A DNA stretch of 41,303 nucleotides from Acidimicrobiia bacterium (GTDB taxonomy: Bacteria; Actinomycetota; Acidimicrobiia; Spongiisociales; UBA5794): assembly GCA_041608315.1 (NCBI GenBank), contig JBFISZ010000002.1, forward strand, positions 1-41,303, given 5' to 3'. This document shows positions 8,306 through 15,984 of this stretch, one piece after another (within the stretch, counting starts at the first letter, position 1; each line of letters opens with the position of its first letter). The translations under genes and the position numbers were made by a program. A model generated the notes under the pieces. The model was not told where the DNA came from, made no database searches, and worked only from the letters and a program-made list of their open reading frames with translations.

Positions 8306-11035
8306 TTACAGCAGGCGTCCGGGAATGTCTTTGCGACTGGGGAGGAAGACCCCCTCGATGGGCCGGATGCGCATCCGGGCGTCGACGACACAGACCCCCT
8401 CCCCCGGCGGCAGGACCTTCACCGGGTTGAGATCCATGTCGGCGATCTCGGGATGCTGATCGACGAGGGTCGAGACTCGCAGCAGCACCTGCTGCAGTGC
8501 ATCGACGTCCCCGGCTTCGCCACCCCGATAACCCTCGAGGATCTCGGCCGAGCGAACCTCGGAGAGCATCTCACGGGCGTCGACATCCGTCAGCGGGTTG
8601 ATGCGGAAGGACACGTCTCGCATCAACTCCACGAAGATCCCCCCGAGGCCGAACACGATCAGCGGCCCGAACAGCGGGTCCTCGGTCATGCCGATGATGA
8701 CCTCGTGGCCCCCGGCTATGAAGTCCTGCACGAGCACGGCCTCGACATCGTCGCTGATCGCCGCCACCTGGCGGTAGGCAGCCCTCACGGCGTCCTCGCC
8801 CTCGACGCCGAGCACGACGCCGCCGACGTCGGACTTGTGCAGGGTCGAAGGCGAGACGATCTTGAGCACGGCCGGTCCGTTGATCTCGGCGGCGGCGACG
8901 ACCGCTTCGTCTTCGGAAGTGGTCTTGACCGAGCGGGCGGTCTGGATGCCGTAGGCGCCGAGAATCGCCGCTATCTCGGCGTCTTCGAGCCATCCGCCCC
9001 CGGTGCCGAGCCGGGCGATCGCCGATCGGATTGTGGCGTCGGCCGCCGTCCGGCCGGCGGCGTCGAATTTGGGGTAGACACCTTCCGGGCGCTCCCGCCA
9101 CTCGCGATAGCGGAAGGCGGCAGCCAGGGCGTGGGCCGCCGACTCCGGGTAGTCGTAGACGGGCACGTTGGCCGCCCGGGTGAGCGCTTCGATCTCCTCC
9201 TCGGCGGCCATGAGAACCGCGGCGATCGTGGTGTCCCGGGTCGCCCCCTCGATGGCGCTCGTCATGGCGGCAATGACCTCTTCGGTGCCCTTGGGGGCGG
9301 CCGGGATGTAGACGACGATCACCGCGTCGACCTCGTCCGTCGACAGCAGCTCGCTGAGGCAGGCTCCGTAGGTATACGGATTGGCCGAGGCGATCATGTC
9401 GACGGGGTTCGAGACGCTGGCCTCGTCCGGCAGGTACTCGGAGAGCCGGGCCTGCAGCTCGGGCGAGAATTCGGGAAGCTCCAGCCCAAAGCTCTCGAGG
9501 GCATCGGCGGCGAGTATGGCCGGGCCGCCGGCGTTGGTGAGAATCGCCACCCGGGGCCCTTGCGGCAGCGGCTGATTCGCCAGCAGGCTGGCCACATCGA
9601 AGAGCTCGTTGAGCGTCCGGGTGCGGATCACCCCGGACTGGTTGAAGAGGGCGTCGACGGCGACGTCGAGGCTCGCCAGCGATCCGGTGTGGCTGGCGGC
9701 GGCCCGGGCACCCGCGGACGAGCGGCCGGCTTTGACGACCACGATCGGCTTGGTGCGGCTCACTCTGCGAGCCAGCCGGCCAAAGCGCCTGGCGTGCCCG
9801 AACGACTCCATGTAGAGAACGATCACATCGGTCGCCGGATCGCCGTCCCAATACAGCAGCAGATCGTTGGCCGAGACGTCGATCCGGTTGCCCAGGGAAA
9901 CGAACGTGGACAGGCCGATCCCGAGCTCCTTGGCCTCGTTGAGGATCGCCAGGCCGAGGGCCCCACTCTGGCTGGCCATGGCGACGTTGCCGGCGGGAGG
10001 AAAGACCGGGCCGAATTGGCCGTCGAGGCTCACCGTCGGGTCGGCGTTGAGCAAACCCATGCAGTTCGGTCCCACCATCCGCATCCCATGGCGGCGGGCT
10101 GCGGTCAGCACGGCGGCTTCCATTTCCGCGCCGGGCCCGCCCGTCTCGCCGAACCCTGCGGAGATCACCACGACGCCGCGGACACCCTTGGCGCCGCACT
10201 GGTTGATCACGTCGAGCACGGCGCCGGCCGGCACCGCGATGAACGCCAGGTCGACCGGCTCATCGATGGCGAGCACGGTCGGGTACGCCTTGACGGCATG
10301 GACATACGACGACTTTGGGTTGACCGGGTACACGGGGCCGGTGAAGCCTCGAGCGAGGAGATTCGCAAACAGCCGGCCACCGATCGACTCGTCGTCGCGA
10401 CTGGCGCCGATCACGGCTACCGATGTCGGGTAGAGCAGCGGCATGAGCGATGCGGTCACCGCCCGGCGCTCGTGCTCCCACTCTGCTTCGCGCGCTTCGA
10501 GCGAGTACTCGATGGGGAACTCGACGCCAAAGACTCCCTCGTCCAGCTCCCGGGTGAGGGTGTAGCCCGAGTCGCGGAGCATCCGCATCATCGCCCGGTT
10601 GTCGCGGAGCACGAAAGCCTCGAACTTCATGATCTTGCGGGAGCGGGCATATATGGTGAGCTGCTGCAGCAGCTGGGTGCCGATACCCCTTCCCTGGAAG
10701 GCGTCCTCGACGAGGAAGGCGACCTCTGCCACCTTGCCTTCCTCCGTTGTCTTCTCGGCGAAAACGTCGTAGCGACCTACCGCCACCATGTCGCCGTTGT
10801 GGATGGCGATGAGGGCCATCCGATCGTCGTAGTCGACGTTCGTGAAATGGATCAGCTCTTCCGGGCTCAATTCACGCTTCACCCGGAAGAACCGGAAGTA
10901 AGCGCTCTGCGGCCCCACCCGCCCGTAGAACGTCCGCAACAGATCGACGTCATCGGGCCGGATCGGCCGCATGTGAACCACGTCGCCGTCCCGCAGCAGG
11001 ACGTCGAACTCAAACTCGGCCGGATACTCAGCCAT
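8306..11035 (-). CDS. pat: Pat-type protein lysine acetyltransferase: N-terminal GNAT fused to an NDP-forming acyl-CoA synthetase-like region (CoA-binding, ligase-CoA and ATP-grasp domains)
   Basis: The GNAT core is VAFLVEDAFQGRGIGTQLLQQL. It is followed by SVAVIGASRD..GGRLF (CoA-binding), MRMVGPNCMGL and a C-terminal ATP-grasp-like segment. ATG 11035 is preceded by GGAAGGGG, and 11068 is an alternative start. Confidence 0.85.
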   Translation of the reverse strand: MAEYPAEFEFDVLLRDGDVVHMRPIRPDDVDLLRTFYGRVGPQSAYFRFFRVKRELSPEELIHFTNVDYDDRMALIAIHNGDMVAVGRYDVFAEKTTEEGKVAEVAFLVEDAFQGRGIGTQLLQQLTIYARSRKIMKFEAFVLRDNRAMMRMLRDSGYTLTRELDEGVFGVEFPIEYSLEAREAEWEHERRAVTASLMPLLYPTSVAVIGASRDDESIGGRLFANLLARGFTGPVYPVNPKSSYVHAVKAYPTVLAIDEPVDLAFIAVPAGAVLDVINQCGAKGVRGVVVISAGFGETGGPGAEMEAAVLTAARRHGMRMVGPNCMGLLNADPTVSLDGQFGPVFPPAGNVAMASQSGALGLAILNEAKELGIGLSTFVSLGNRIDVSANDLLLYWDGDPATDVIVLYMESFGHARRFGRLARRVSRTKPIVVVKAGRSSAGARAAASHTGSLASLDVAVDALFNQSGVIRTRTLNELFDVASLLANQPLPQGPRVAILTNAGGPAILAADALESFGLELPEFSPELQARLSEYLPDEASVSNPVDMIASANPYTYGACLSELLSTDEVDAVIVVYIPAAPKGTEEVIAAMTSAIEGATRDTTIAAVLMAAEEEIEALTRAANVPVYDYPESAAHALAAAFRYREWRERPEGVYPKFDAAGRTAADATIRSAIARLGTGGGWLEDAEIAAILGAYGIQTARSVKTTSEDEAVVAAAEINGPAVLKIVSPSTLHKSDVGGVVLGVEGEDAVRAAYRQVAAISDDVEAVLVQDFIAGGHEVIIGMTEDPLFGPLIVFGLGGIFVELMRDVSFRINPLTDVDAREMLSEVRSAEILEGYRGGEAGDVDALQQVLLRVSTLVDQHPEIADMDLNPVKVLPPGEGVCVVDARMRIRPIEGVFLPSRKDIPGRLL

Positions 11036-11099
11036 AAGCCCCTTCCACACATAACCTGGCCCGCGCATCGTAGGCCTGCGCCCGCTCGGCCGAATCGCG

Positions 11100-12062
11100 A
11101 TGGTGGGCCTCCGGCGCCTCCCGGGTTCATTCCGCCGCTGCGATGTCGATAATGTCCTGGTGCCACACCGCCAACACCCTCCGCTGCCTTCGGCCGTCCG
11201 CCCGCTCTTCTGGGTCTTGCGGGCGTTCGGTGTCCTCGTCGGTGCCGGCGGCCTCTACGCCGCAGCACTTGCGGCCACGCAGGAGAAATGGTCGACGGCA
11301 TTCCTCGTGCTCCTACTGAGCGGCGGATTTGCCGCGCTGACATGGATGCACCCTTTGAGCGGATGGTTCGTGCCGACGCTCGTCGGCTTCGGCCTGGCCG
11401 CGGCGATCCTGGCGGGGAGCTGGACGACGGCGCTCATCGTCCTCGGCCCGGCAGCCCTGATCCTGTGGTTCCGGAACCGTCCGCCGGGTGGCCGGGGCGC
11501 CCGCCTCAACCCGGACAGGATCGCCATCATCGAGCCGGGCGCAGTCATGCGCAATGCCCGCGCTTTCGTTGCAGAGTTCACCGCGGCCGGCTTCGAACAG
11601 GTTGGTGCCCTCCGCTTCTCTATCGGCCCAGTGAACGTGATCGAGTCGCTCTTACTTGCCCCGGACGGTCGGTCCTACGCGGCCGTCACTGACGCCATCG
11701 TTCACGTGACGAGCCTGTTCCCGGGCGGTCGCGCCCTCGTGACACGCAACAGCCATCACGCCCGTCTGCCGGACTACCTCCTGATCAACAGCGCGCCGGG
11801 TGGCAGCCCTGCCGAACTCGTCGCGAGCCATGCCAAGGCTCTGGCACTCGTCGCGGAAAGGGAGCATTACCCCCTTGCGATTGCGGCACCCGAGCTACCC
11901 CAGATCGCCATCGACGGCGAACGGGCCGCCATCGAGTGGGCAGCCACCCACCGCCGCTCGAGCGAAGGAGTCGACGGCACCGAACCATTGTGGAGCCGGC
12001 CCGAGCGCTACCGGCAGATCGACGCGTGGCACGGAGCGGGCGCCTCCGAGCCTCCTGTCTAG
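11100..12062 (+). CDS. hypothetical integral membrane protein (about 4 TM helices plus a soluble C-terminal domain)
   Basis: 320-aa ATG ORF, divergent from pat. Hydrophobic segments include LFWVLRAFGVLVGAGGLYAAALA, AFLVLLLSGGFAAL, FVPTLVGFGLAAAILAG and ALIVLGPAALILWF. No family recognised. Confidence 0.55.
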   Translation: MVGLRRLPGSFRRCDVDNVLVPHRQHPPLPSAVRPLFWVLRAFGVLVGAGGLYAAALAATQEKWSTAFLVLLLSGGFAALTWMHPLSGWFVPTLVGFGLAAAILAGSWTTALIVLGPAALILWFRNRPPGGRGARLNPDRIAIIEPGAVMRNARAFVAEFTAAGFEQVGALRFSIGPVNVIESLLLAPDGRSYAAVTDAIVHVTSLFPGGRALVTRNSHHARLPDYLLINSAPGGSPAELVASHAKALALVAEREHYPLAIAAPELPQIAIDGERAAIEWAATHRRSSEGVDGTEPLWSRPERYRQIDAWHGAGASEPPV

Positions 12063-12070
12063 GTCCTCAA

Positions 12071-12211
12071 ATGTCGGCGGCATCGGATCAGCACCACATC
12101 AGGAATCTGATGGACCAACTCGCCATCCACGACCGGGTCGACCTCGCCCGCTTCGCCATCCGCGGAGGCGTCGTAGAGCCTGAGGGGCCCGAGGGGCCGA
12201 TCAGGGTTTGA
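12071..12211 (+). pseudogene. remnant of a LuxR/FixJ-type HTH C-terminus (46 codons)
   Basis: MSAASDQHHIRNLMDQLAIHDRVDLARFAIRGGVV matches only the last two helices of the LuxR HTH pattern (TVKxHvxNIxxKLgvxxRxxAvxxAxxxGli). The first helices and any receiver or ligand domain are missing. The tail overlaps the 3' end of the convergent oxidoreductase gene. Confidence 0.35.
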
Positions 12212-13238
12212 TGAATACCTTGCCGTTGGGCTTGGCCAGCTCCGCCGGCAAACTCGTCATGGCTTCTTCGAGCGACAGGACGGCGGTCACGTCGGTCTTC
12301 CATTCGCCGGTGGCGAAGCGCTTCTGCGCGGTTTCGATGGCGGCAACCTTGTCGGCCATCGGGGTTTCTTGCATCCAGCGCACCAGCCAGAAGCCTTCGA
12401 TCCGCTTCATCATGAAGATGAGCTGACCGGGCTCGAGCAGCGTCGGAAGCTCGGTGTCGAGCTTGCCGTAGACAATCCAGCGGGCGTGCCGTCCCATTGC
12501 GGTGAACACCCTGGCGCTGACCTGATTGGCGACCGCGTCGAGGAACACGCGTGGCTTCTCTGTCGCCAGCACGGCCCTCAGTTGCTGCTCGAAGTCACCG
12601 GCCTCGCTGTTGAGCACGTGGGCGGCCCCCAGCGCTTTGAGCGGTTCGATCTGGCTGTCGCGGCGGACAATGGCGATCGGCCGGTAGTCCTCATCTGCGG
12701 CGGCGCCGATCATCAGCTTGGAGAGCTGGCTGGCTCCCGCCGAGAAGATGAAAGCTCGGGCCTCCTCCTGCTTGACGATGCCGAACATGGCAAGTGCGGT
12801 GAGCGGATTGACGATCATGGCGGCGCCGTCCTCGTCGCGAACGCTGTCGATGAGGGGGATGCACGTGGCGGCCTCGGCAATGGAGTACTCACTCCACGCG
12901 CCGGGAGCACCCGCGCCGGCGACAAACGCGACCCGCTTCCCGACGTAGCCGTCGGCGAGGGAACCACCCCCGGAGGCAACGACTTCGCCGACACCTTCGA
13001 ACCCGGCGGCGTTGCCCTTGATACGGGGCTGGCCGTATAGGCCCTGGATGAACATCTCATCGGACGGGTTGACCGACGCCAGCGCCACCTTGATGCGGAC
13101 TTGCCCCTCGCCGGGATCGGGCACCGGCAGGTCCCCCAACCGAACGAAGGTCTCCATCGAGTGCAGCGCGATGTCCTCGGGGGGCGCCGTGGCATAGCCA
13201 TCACCCTGGAGGATGAGGGCTTTCATCGTGTCGGGCAT
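12201..13238 (-). CDS. MDR-superfamily NAD(P)H-dependent oxidoreductase (quinone oxidoreductase/enoyl reductase-like)
   Basis: MKALILQG..GEGQVRIKVALASVNPSD..GFEGVGEVVASG is a GroES-like N-domain, followed by a Rossmann segment. GGAG lies 9 nt upstream of ATG 13238. Confidence 0.85.
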   Translation of the reverse strand: MPDTMKALILQGDGYATAPPEDIALHSMETFVRLGDLPVPDPGEGQVRIKVALASVNPSDEMFIQGLYGQPRIKGNAAGFEGVGEVVASGGGSLADGYVGKRVAFVAGAGAPGAWSEYSIAEAATCIPLIDSVRDEDGAAMIVNPLTALAMFGIVKQEEARAFIFSAGASQLSKLMIGAAADEDYRPIAIVRRDSQIEPLKALGAAHVLNSEAGDFEQQLRAVLATEKPRVFLDAVANQVSARVFTAMGRHARWIVYGKLDTELPTLLEPGQLIFMMKRIEGFWLVRWMQETPMADKVAAIETAQKRFATGEWKTDVTAVLSLEEAMTSLPAELAKPNGKVFIKP

Positions 13239-13281
13239 TCAGATCAGCTCCTGGTAGCGGGGCGAATGCCGAGTCTATCAA

Positions 13282-13326
13282 CCGGGCCCGGCGGCGCCCG
13301 GGGCAGTTCGAATCTGCCTCACGATG
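13282..13326 (+). other. tRNA-like fragment: GC hairpin followed by a perfect T-arm (GGCAG-TTCGAAT-CTGCC). Not an intact tRNA.
   Basis: 13302..13318 is a canonical 5-bp T-stem with a TTCGAAT loop. 13282..13301 forms a 6-bp hairpin placed where a long variable arm would sit. No anticodon or D arm can be folded upstream. Confidence 0.25.
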
Positions 13327-13444
13327 TCCCTCATACGAGACACAGAGACAGCCGATTCAAACCATTCTCCAAGCGCAGAACCCGACTGATCGGCGCGGTT
13401 CGATCCCAGAGGCGCTGCGGGCCGAAGCGGCGCATCAGACAGTT

Positions 13445-13468
13445 TCGAGCAAATCCTGATTTGCTCGA
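13445..13468 (-). terminator. hairpin immediately after the era stop (10-bp stem TCGAGCAAAT/ATTTGCTCGA, 4-nt loop)
   Basis: Perfect inverted repeat that ends 1 nt after the era stop codon, with respect to the minus strand. It has no clear U-tail. Confidence 0.4.
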
Positions 13469-13469
13469 C

Positions 13470-14342
13470 TCAGAACCCGAGCCGATCCAGCACCGGATCG
13501 CGACGTTGCCAGTCCTTTTCGACCTTGACGCGCAACTCGAGGAAGACCTTGGCACCGAAGAGGCGTTCGAGATCGGCCCGGGCCTCGGTTCCGACCGCAG
13601 AGAGCATCGCACCACCCTTGCCGATCACCATGCCCTTTTGGGACGTTCGTTCGACGTAGACAGTCGCCGCGACGTGGACGAGGCCGTCATCGCGGGTCGT
13701 GAGGTCGGTCACGACTACCGCCAGACTGTGCGGCAGTTCCTCACGAAGTCGAGAAAGGTACTTCTCCCTGATGAGCTCGGCGGCAAACAGCTCCTCCGGC
13801 TGATCGGACGCCGCGTCCGGCGGAAAGAAGAAGTGGCCCTCGGGCAGGAAAGGCTCCAGCTCGGAAACCAGAGTGGCGACACCGTCGCCCGTGCGGGCCG
13901 AGATCGGAACGTAGGCCGCGAAGTCCCAGACCGACGCCTCCGCCAGCTGGGAAGCGATCTGATCGGGCTTGGCAATATCCACTTTGTTGACGGCGACGAC
14001 GACGGGCGCTTTGGCCTGTCCGAGACGTTCGGCGATCAACCGATCCCCCGGCCCCACCGGAGCCCGGGCATCGAGCACAAAGAGCACGGCGTCGGCTTCT
14101 GCCAGCGACCCGTAGACCAGCTTGTTGAGTCGCTCTCCAAGAGCCGTCCGCGGTTTGTGGAGGCCCGGAGTGTCGACGAAGACGTACTGCGAATCGCCCC
14201 GGGTGAGCACTCCGCGAATGGTGTTGCGGGTCGTTTGCGGGCGGGATGAGGTGATGGCGACCTTCTCCCCGACCAGGCGGTTGACGAGAGTCGACTTGCC
14301 GACGTTGGGCCGCCCCACGACGGAGATGAAACCCGACTTCAC
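13470..14342 (-). CDS. era: GTPase Era
   Basis: G motifs GRPNVGKS, DTPG and NKVD, plus a C-terminal KH domain. I refined the start to GTG 14342, which forms a GTGA overlap with the corC stop. The ORF-track extension to 14483 is Arg/Gly-rich. Confidence 0.93.
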   Translation of the reverse strand: MKSGFISVVGRPNVGKSTLVNRLVGEKVAITSSRPQTTRNTIRGVLTRGDSQYVFVDTPGLHKPRTALGERLNKLVYGSLAEADAVLFVLDARAPVGPGDRLIAERLGQAKAPVVVAVNKVDIAKPDQIASQLAEASVWDFAAYVPISARTGDGVATLVSELEPFLPEGHFFFPPDAASDQPEELFAAELIREKYLSRLREELPHSLAVVVTDLTTRDDGLVHVAATVYVERTSQKGMVIGKGGAMLSAVGTEARADLERLFGAKVFLELRVKVEKDWQRRDPVLDRLGF

Positions 14343-15508
14343 CTGCTGTGAACCCGGACCCGGGCGACGCGCCGGCCCTGCACCCGGTCGGCCGTGAAGA
14401 CGTGCTCTTCGAGTTCGAACGCCTCGCCTTCCTTGGGCACCCGCCCCGCCAAGCCGAGGATCAACCCGCCGACGGTATCCCATTCCTCGTCGGGGAGCTC
14501 GGCACCGATCAGCTGACCCAGCTCATCGATGCCGAGGCGAGCATCGATGAGATACGAGCCTTCTCCGAGGGCCGTCACCATCGGCACCTCGTCGTCGTAC
14601 TCGTCGGCAATCTCACCCACAAGCTCCTCGAGCAGGTCCTCGATGGTCACCAGGCCCGCGGTGCCGCCGAACTCGTCGACAACGATGGCAAGGTGCACCT
14701 GGCTGGCCTGCATCTCGCGCAACAGCTCGGAGACTCGCTTGGTCTCCGGCACGAAGTAGGCCGCCCGCATGAGGTCACGAACGAGCGTGGACTCCTCGCC
14801 GCCCTCGTCCATCAGCGTCAACAGGTCGCGGGCATACAGCACGCCCTCGACGTTGTCGATCCCGTCGCCGAGCACCGGGATCCGGCTGCGGCCCGCTTCC
14901 AGGATCAGATCGAGAGCGCTCTCCGCAGTGGCGGTTGCATTGAGCGTGATCATGTCGATGCGGGGCACGAGCACCTCGCGCACCAGCGTGTCGGTGAAAT
15001 CGAGCACCGACGAGATCAGCTCCTTCTCTTGCACGTCGTCGGCGTCTTCCTCTTCCTCGACGATGTCCTCGTCGAGATCGCTGATGAGGTCGGTGGCGGC
15101 ATGGCCAAGAGCTATGGCCGGCCGCAGCAACCAGGCGAACGTATAGGCCAGGGTGGCGGGGCGGCTCCGCCCATAACTCCTCGGCAGCAGGTCGCCAATG
15201 AGCACGAACAGCGCACCGAGGCTGACCAGCGCAATGGCAAGAGGGATGCCCCCGGCGAGCCTGCTCAGCGCCCACGTGGCCGGTATCGCCGCCGAGACCA
15301 ACAAGCCGGTGTGAATCATGCCGAGAGCGGGCTGCACCCGCGGGCGTTCCTCGAGAAGCGCGGCAACTATGACGGCGCGCCGGTTGCCGTCGGCGGCGTC
15401 ATGAACGGCGTCGGCGCGCGGGGTGCGAACCAGGGAGGCGCCGGCCGCCCGGATCACGCCGGTGACGAGCACGATCACTGCGGCAACCGCCAGAGCAACT
15501 CCCGTCAC
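14339..15508 (-). CDS. hemolysin-family/CorC-like protein (DUF21 TM domain, CBS pair, CorC_HlyC domain)
   Basis: N-terminal TM helices, a central CBS pair (..IPVLGDGIDNVEGVLYARDL.., ..HLAIVVDEFGGTAGLVTIEDLLEELVGEI..) and a C-terminal transporter-associated domain. The GTG start is in a GTGA overlap with the ybeY stop. Confidence 0.9.
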   Translation of the reverse strand: MTGVALAVAAVIVLVTGVIRAAGASLVRTPRADAVHDAADGNRRAVIVAALLEERPRVQPALGMIHTGLLVSAAIPATWALSRLAGGIPLAIALVSLGALFVLIGDLLPRSYGRSRPATLAYTFAWLLRPAIALGHAATDLISDLDEDIVEEEEDADDVQEKELISSVLDFTDTLVREVLVPRIDMITLNATATAESALDLILEAGRSRIPVLGDGIDNVEGVLYARDLLTLMDEGGEESTLVRDLMRAAYFVPETKRVSELLREMQASQVHLAIVVDEFGGTAGLVTIEDLLEELVGEIADEYDDEVPMVTALGEGSYLIDARLGIDELGQLIGAELPDEEWDTVGGLILGLAGRVPKEGEAFELEEHVFTADRVQGRRVARVRVHSR

Positions 15509-15984
15509 GGGCGCGTCCTCCCAACGGCGGCGAGCAGGTCCCTCTCACGTTGTTCCATCTGCTCGGCCTCGCGGTCAACAGTGTGGTCGTAGCCGAGCAG
15601 ATGCAGCAATCCGTGGACCACCATCAATGCCATCTCGTCGGACAAGGATACCGCCGCCGCGGCGGCGTTGGCGGCGACCACCTCGGGGCAGATGAAGACG
15701 TCGCCGATGTGGGCCGGCGGCCCGCCGGCGGGCACGGCCGGCGCCGCTCCCGGCGTGAGCGGTTCGAGCGGAAACGCCAGCACATCGGTGGGCCCGACCT
15801 TCCCCAGGTGGGTGCTGTTGAGCGCGGCCATCGGCGCCTCGTCGATCAGGGCGATGGCGACCTCGATATCTCCACCCAGACCTTCGGCGGCAAGGGTGGC
15901 CGCGGCCACCGACTCGAGCTCGCCAATATCGACTGGGGCCGATAAGGATGGTTCGTCTCTGTCGTCGCGAAACTCGATCTTCAT
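15505..15984 (-). CDS. ybeY: rRNA maturation endoribonuclease YbeY
   Basis: H-x3-H-x5-H zinc motif HGLLHLLGYDH. ATGA overlap with the pgpH stop. Confidence 0.93.
   Translation of the reverse strand: MKIEFRDDRDEPSLSAPVDIGELESVAAATLAAEGLGGDIEVAIALIDEAPMAALNSTHLGKVGPTDVLAFPLEPLTPGAAPAVPAGGPPAHIGDVFICPEVVAANAAAAAVSLSDEMALMVVHGLLHLLGYDHTVDREAEQMEQRERDLLAAVGRTRP

Noticed and set aside
8453-11152. 899-aa plus-strand ORF and 542-aa minus ORF 8571..10199
   Set aside because: They are shadow frames of the pat gene, with no motifs and biased composition.
13224-13326. Intact tRNA, including a selenocysteine-type tRNA with a long variable arm
   Set aside because: The T-arm, a variable-arm-like hairpin and 7 of 8 acceptor pairs can be drawn. 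No D arm or anticodon stem folds, and the candidate loop CTATCAA has no valid U33/anticodon layout. The 5' end lies inside a CDS start. I kept only the fragment as a low-confidence observation.
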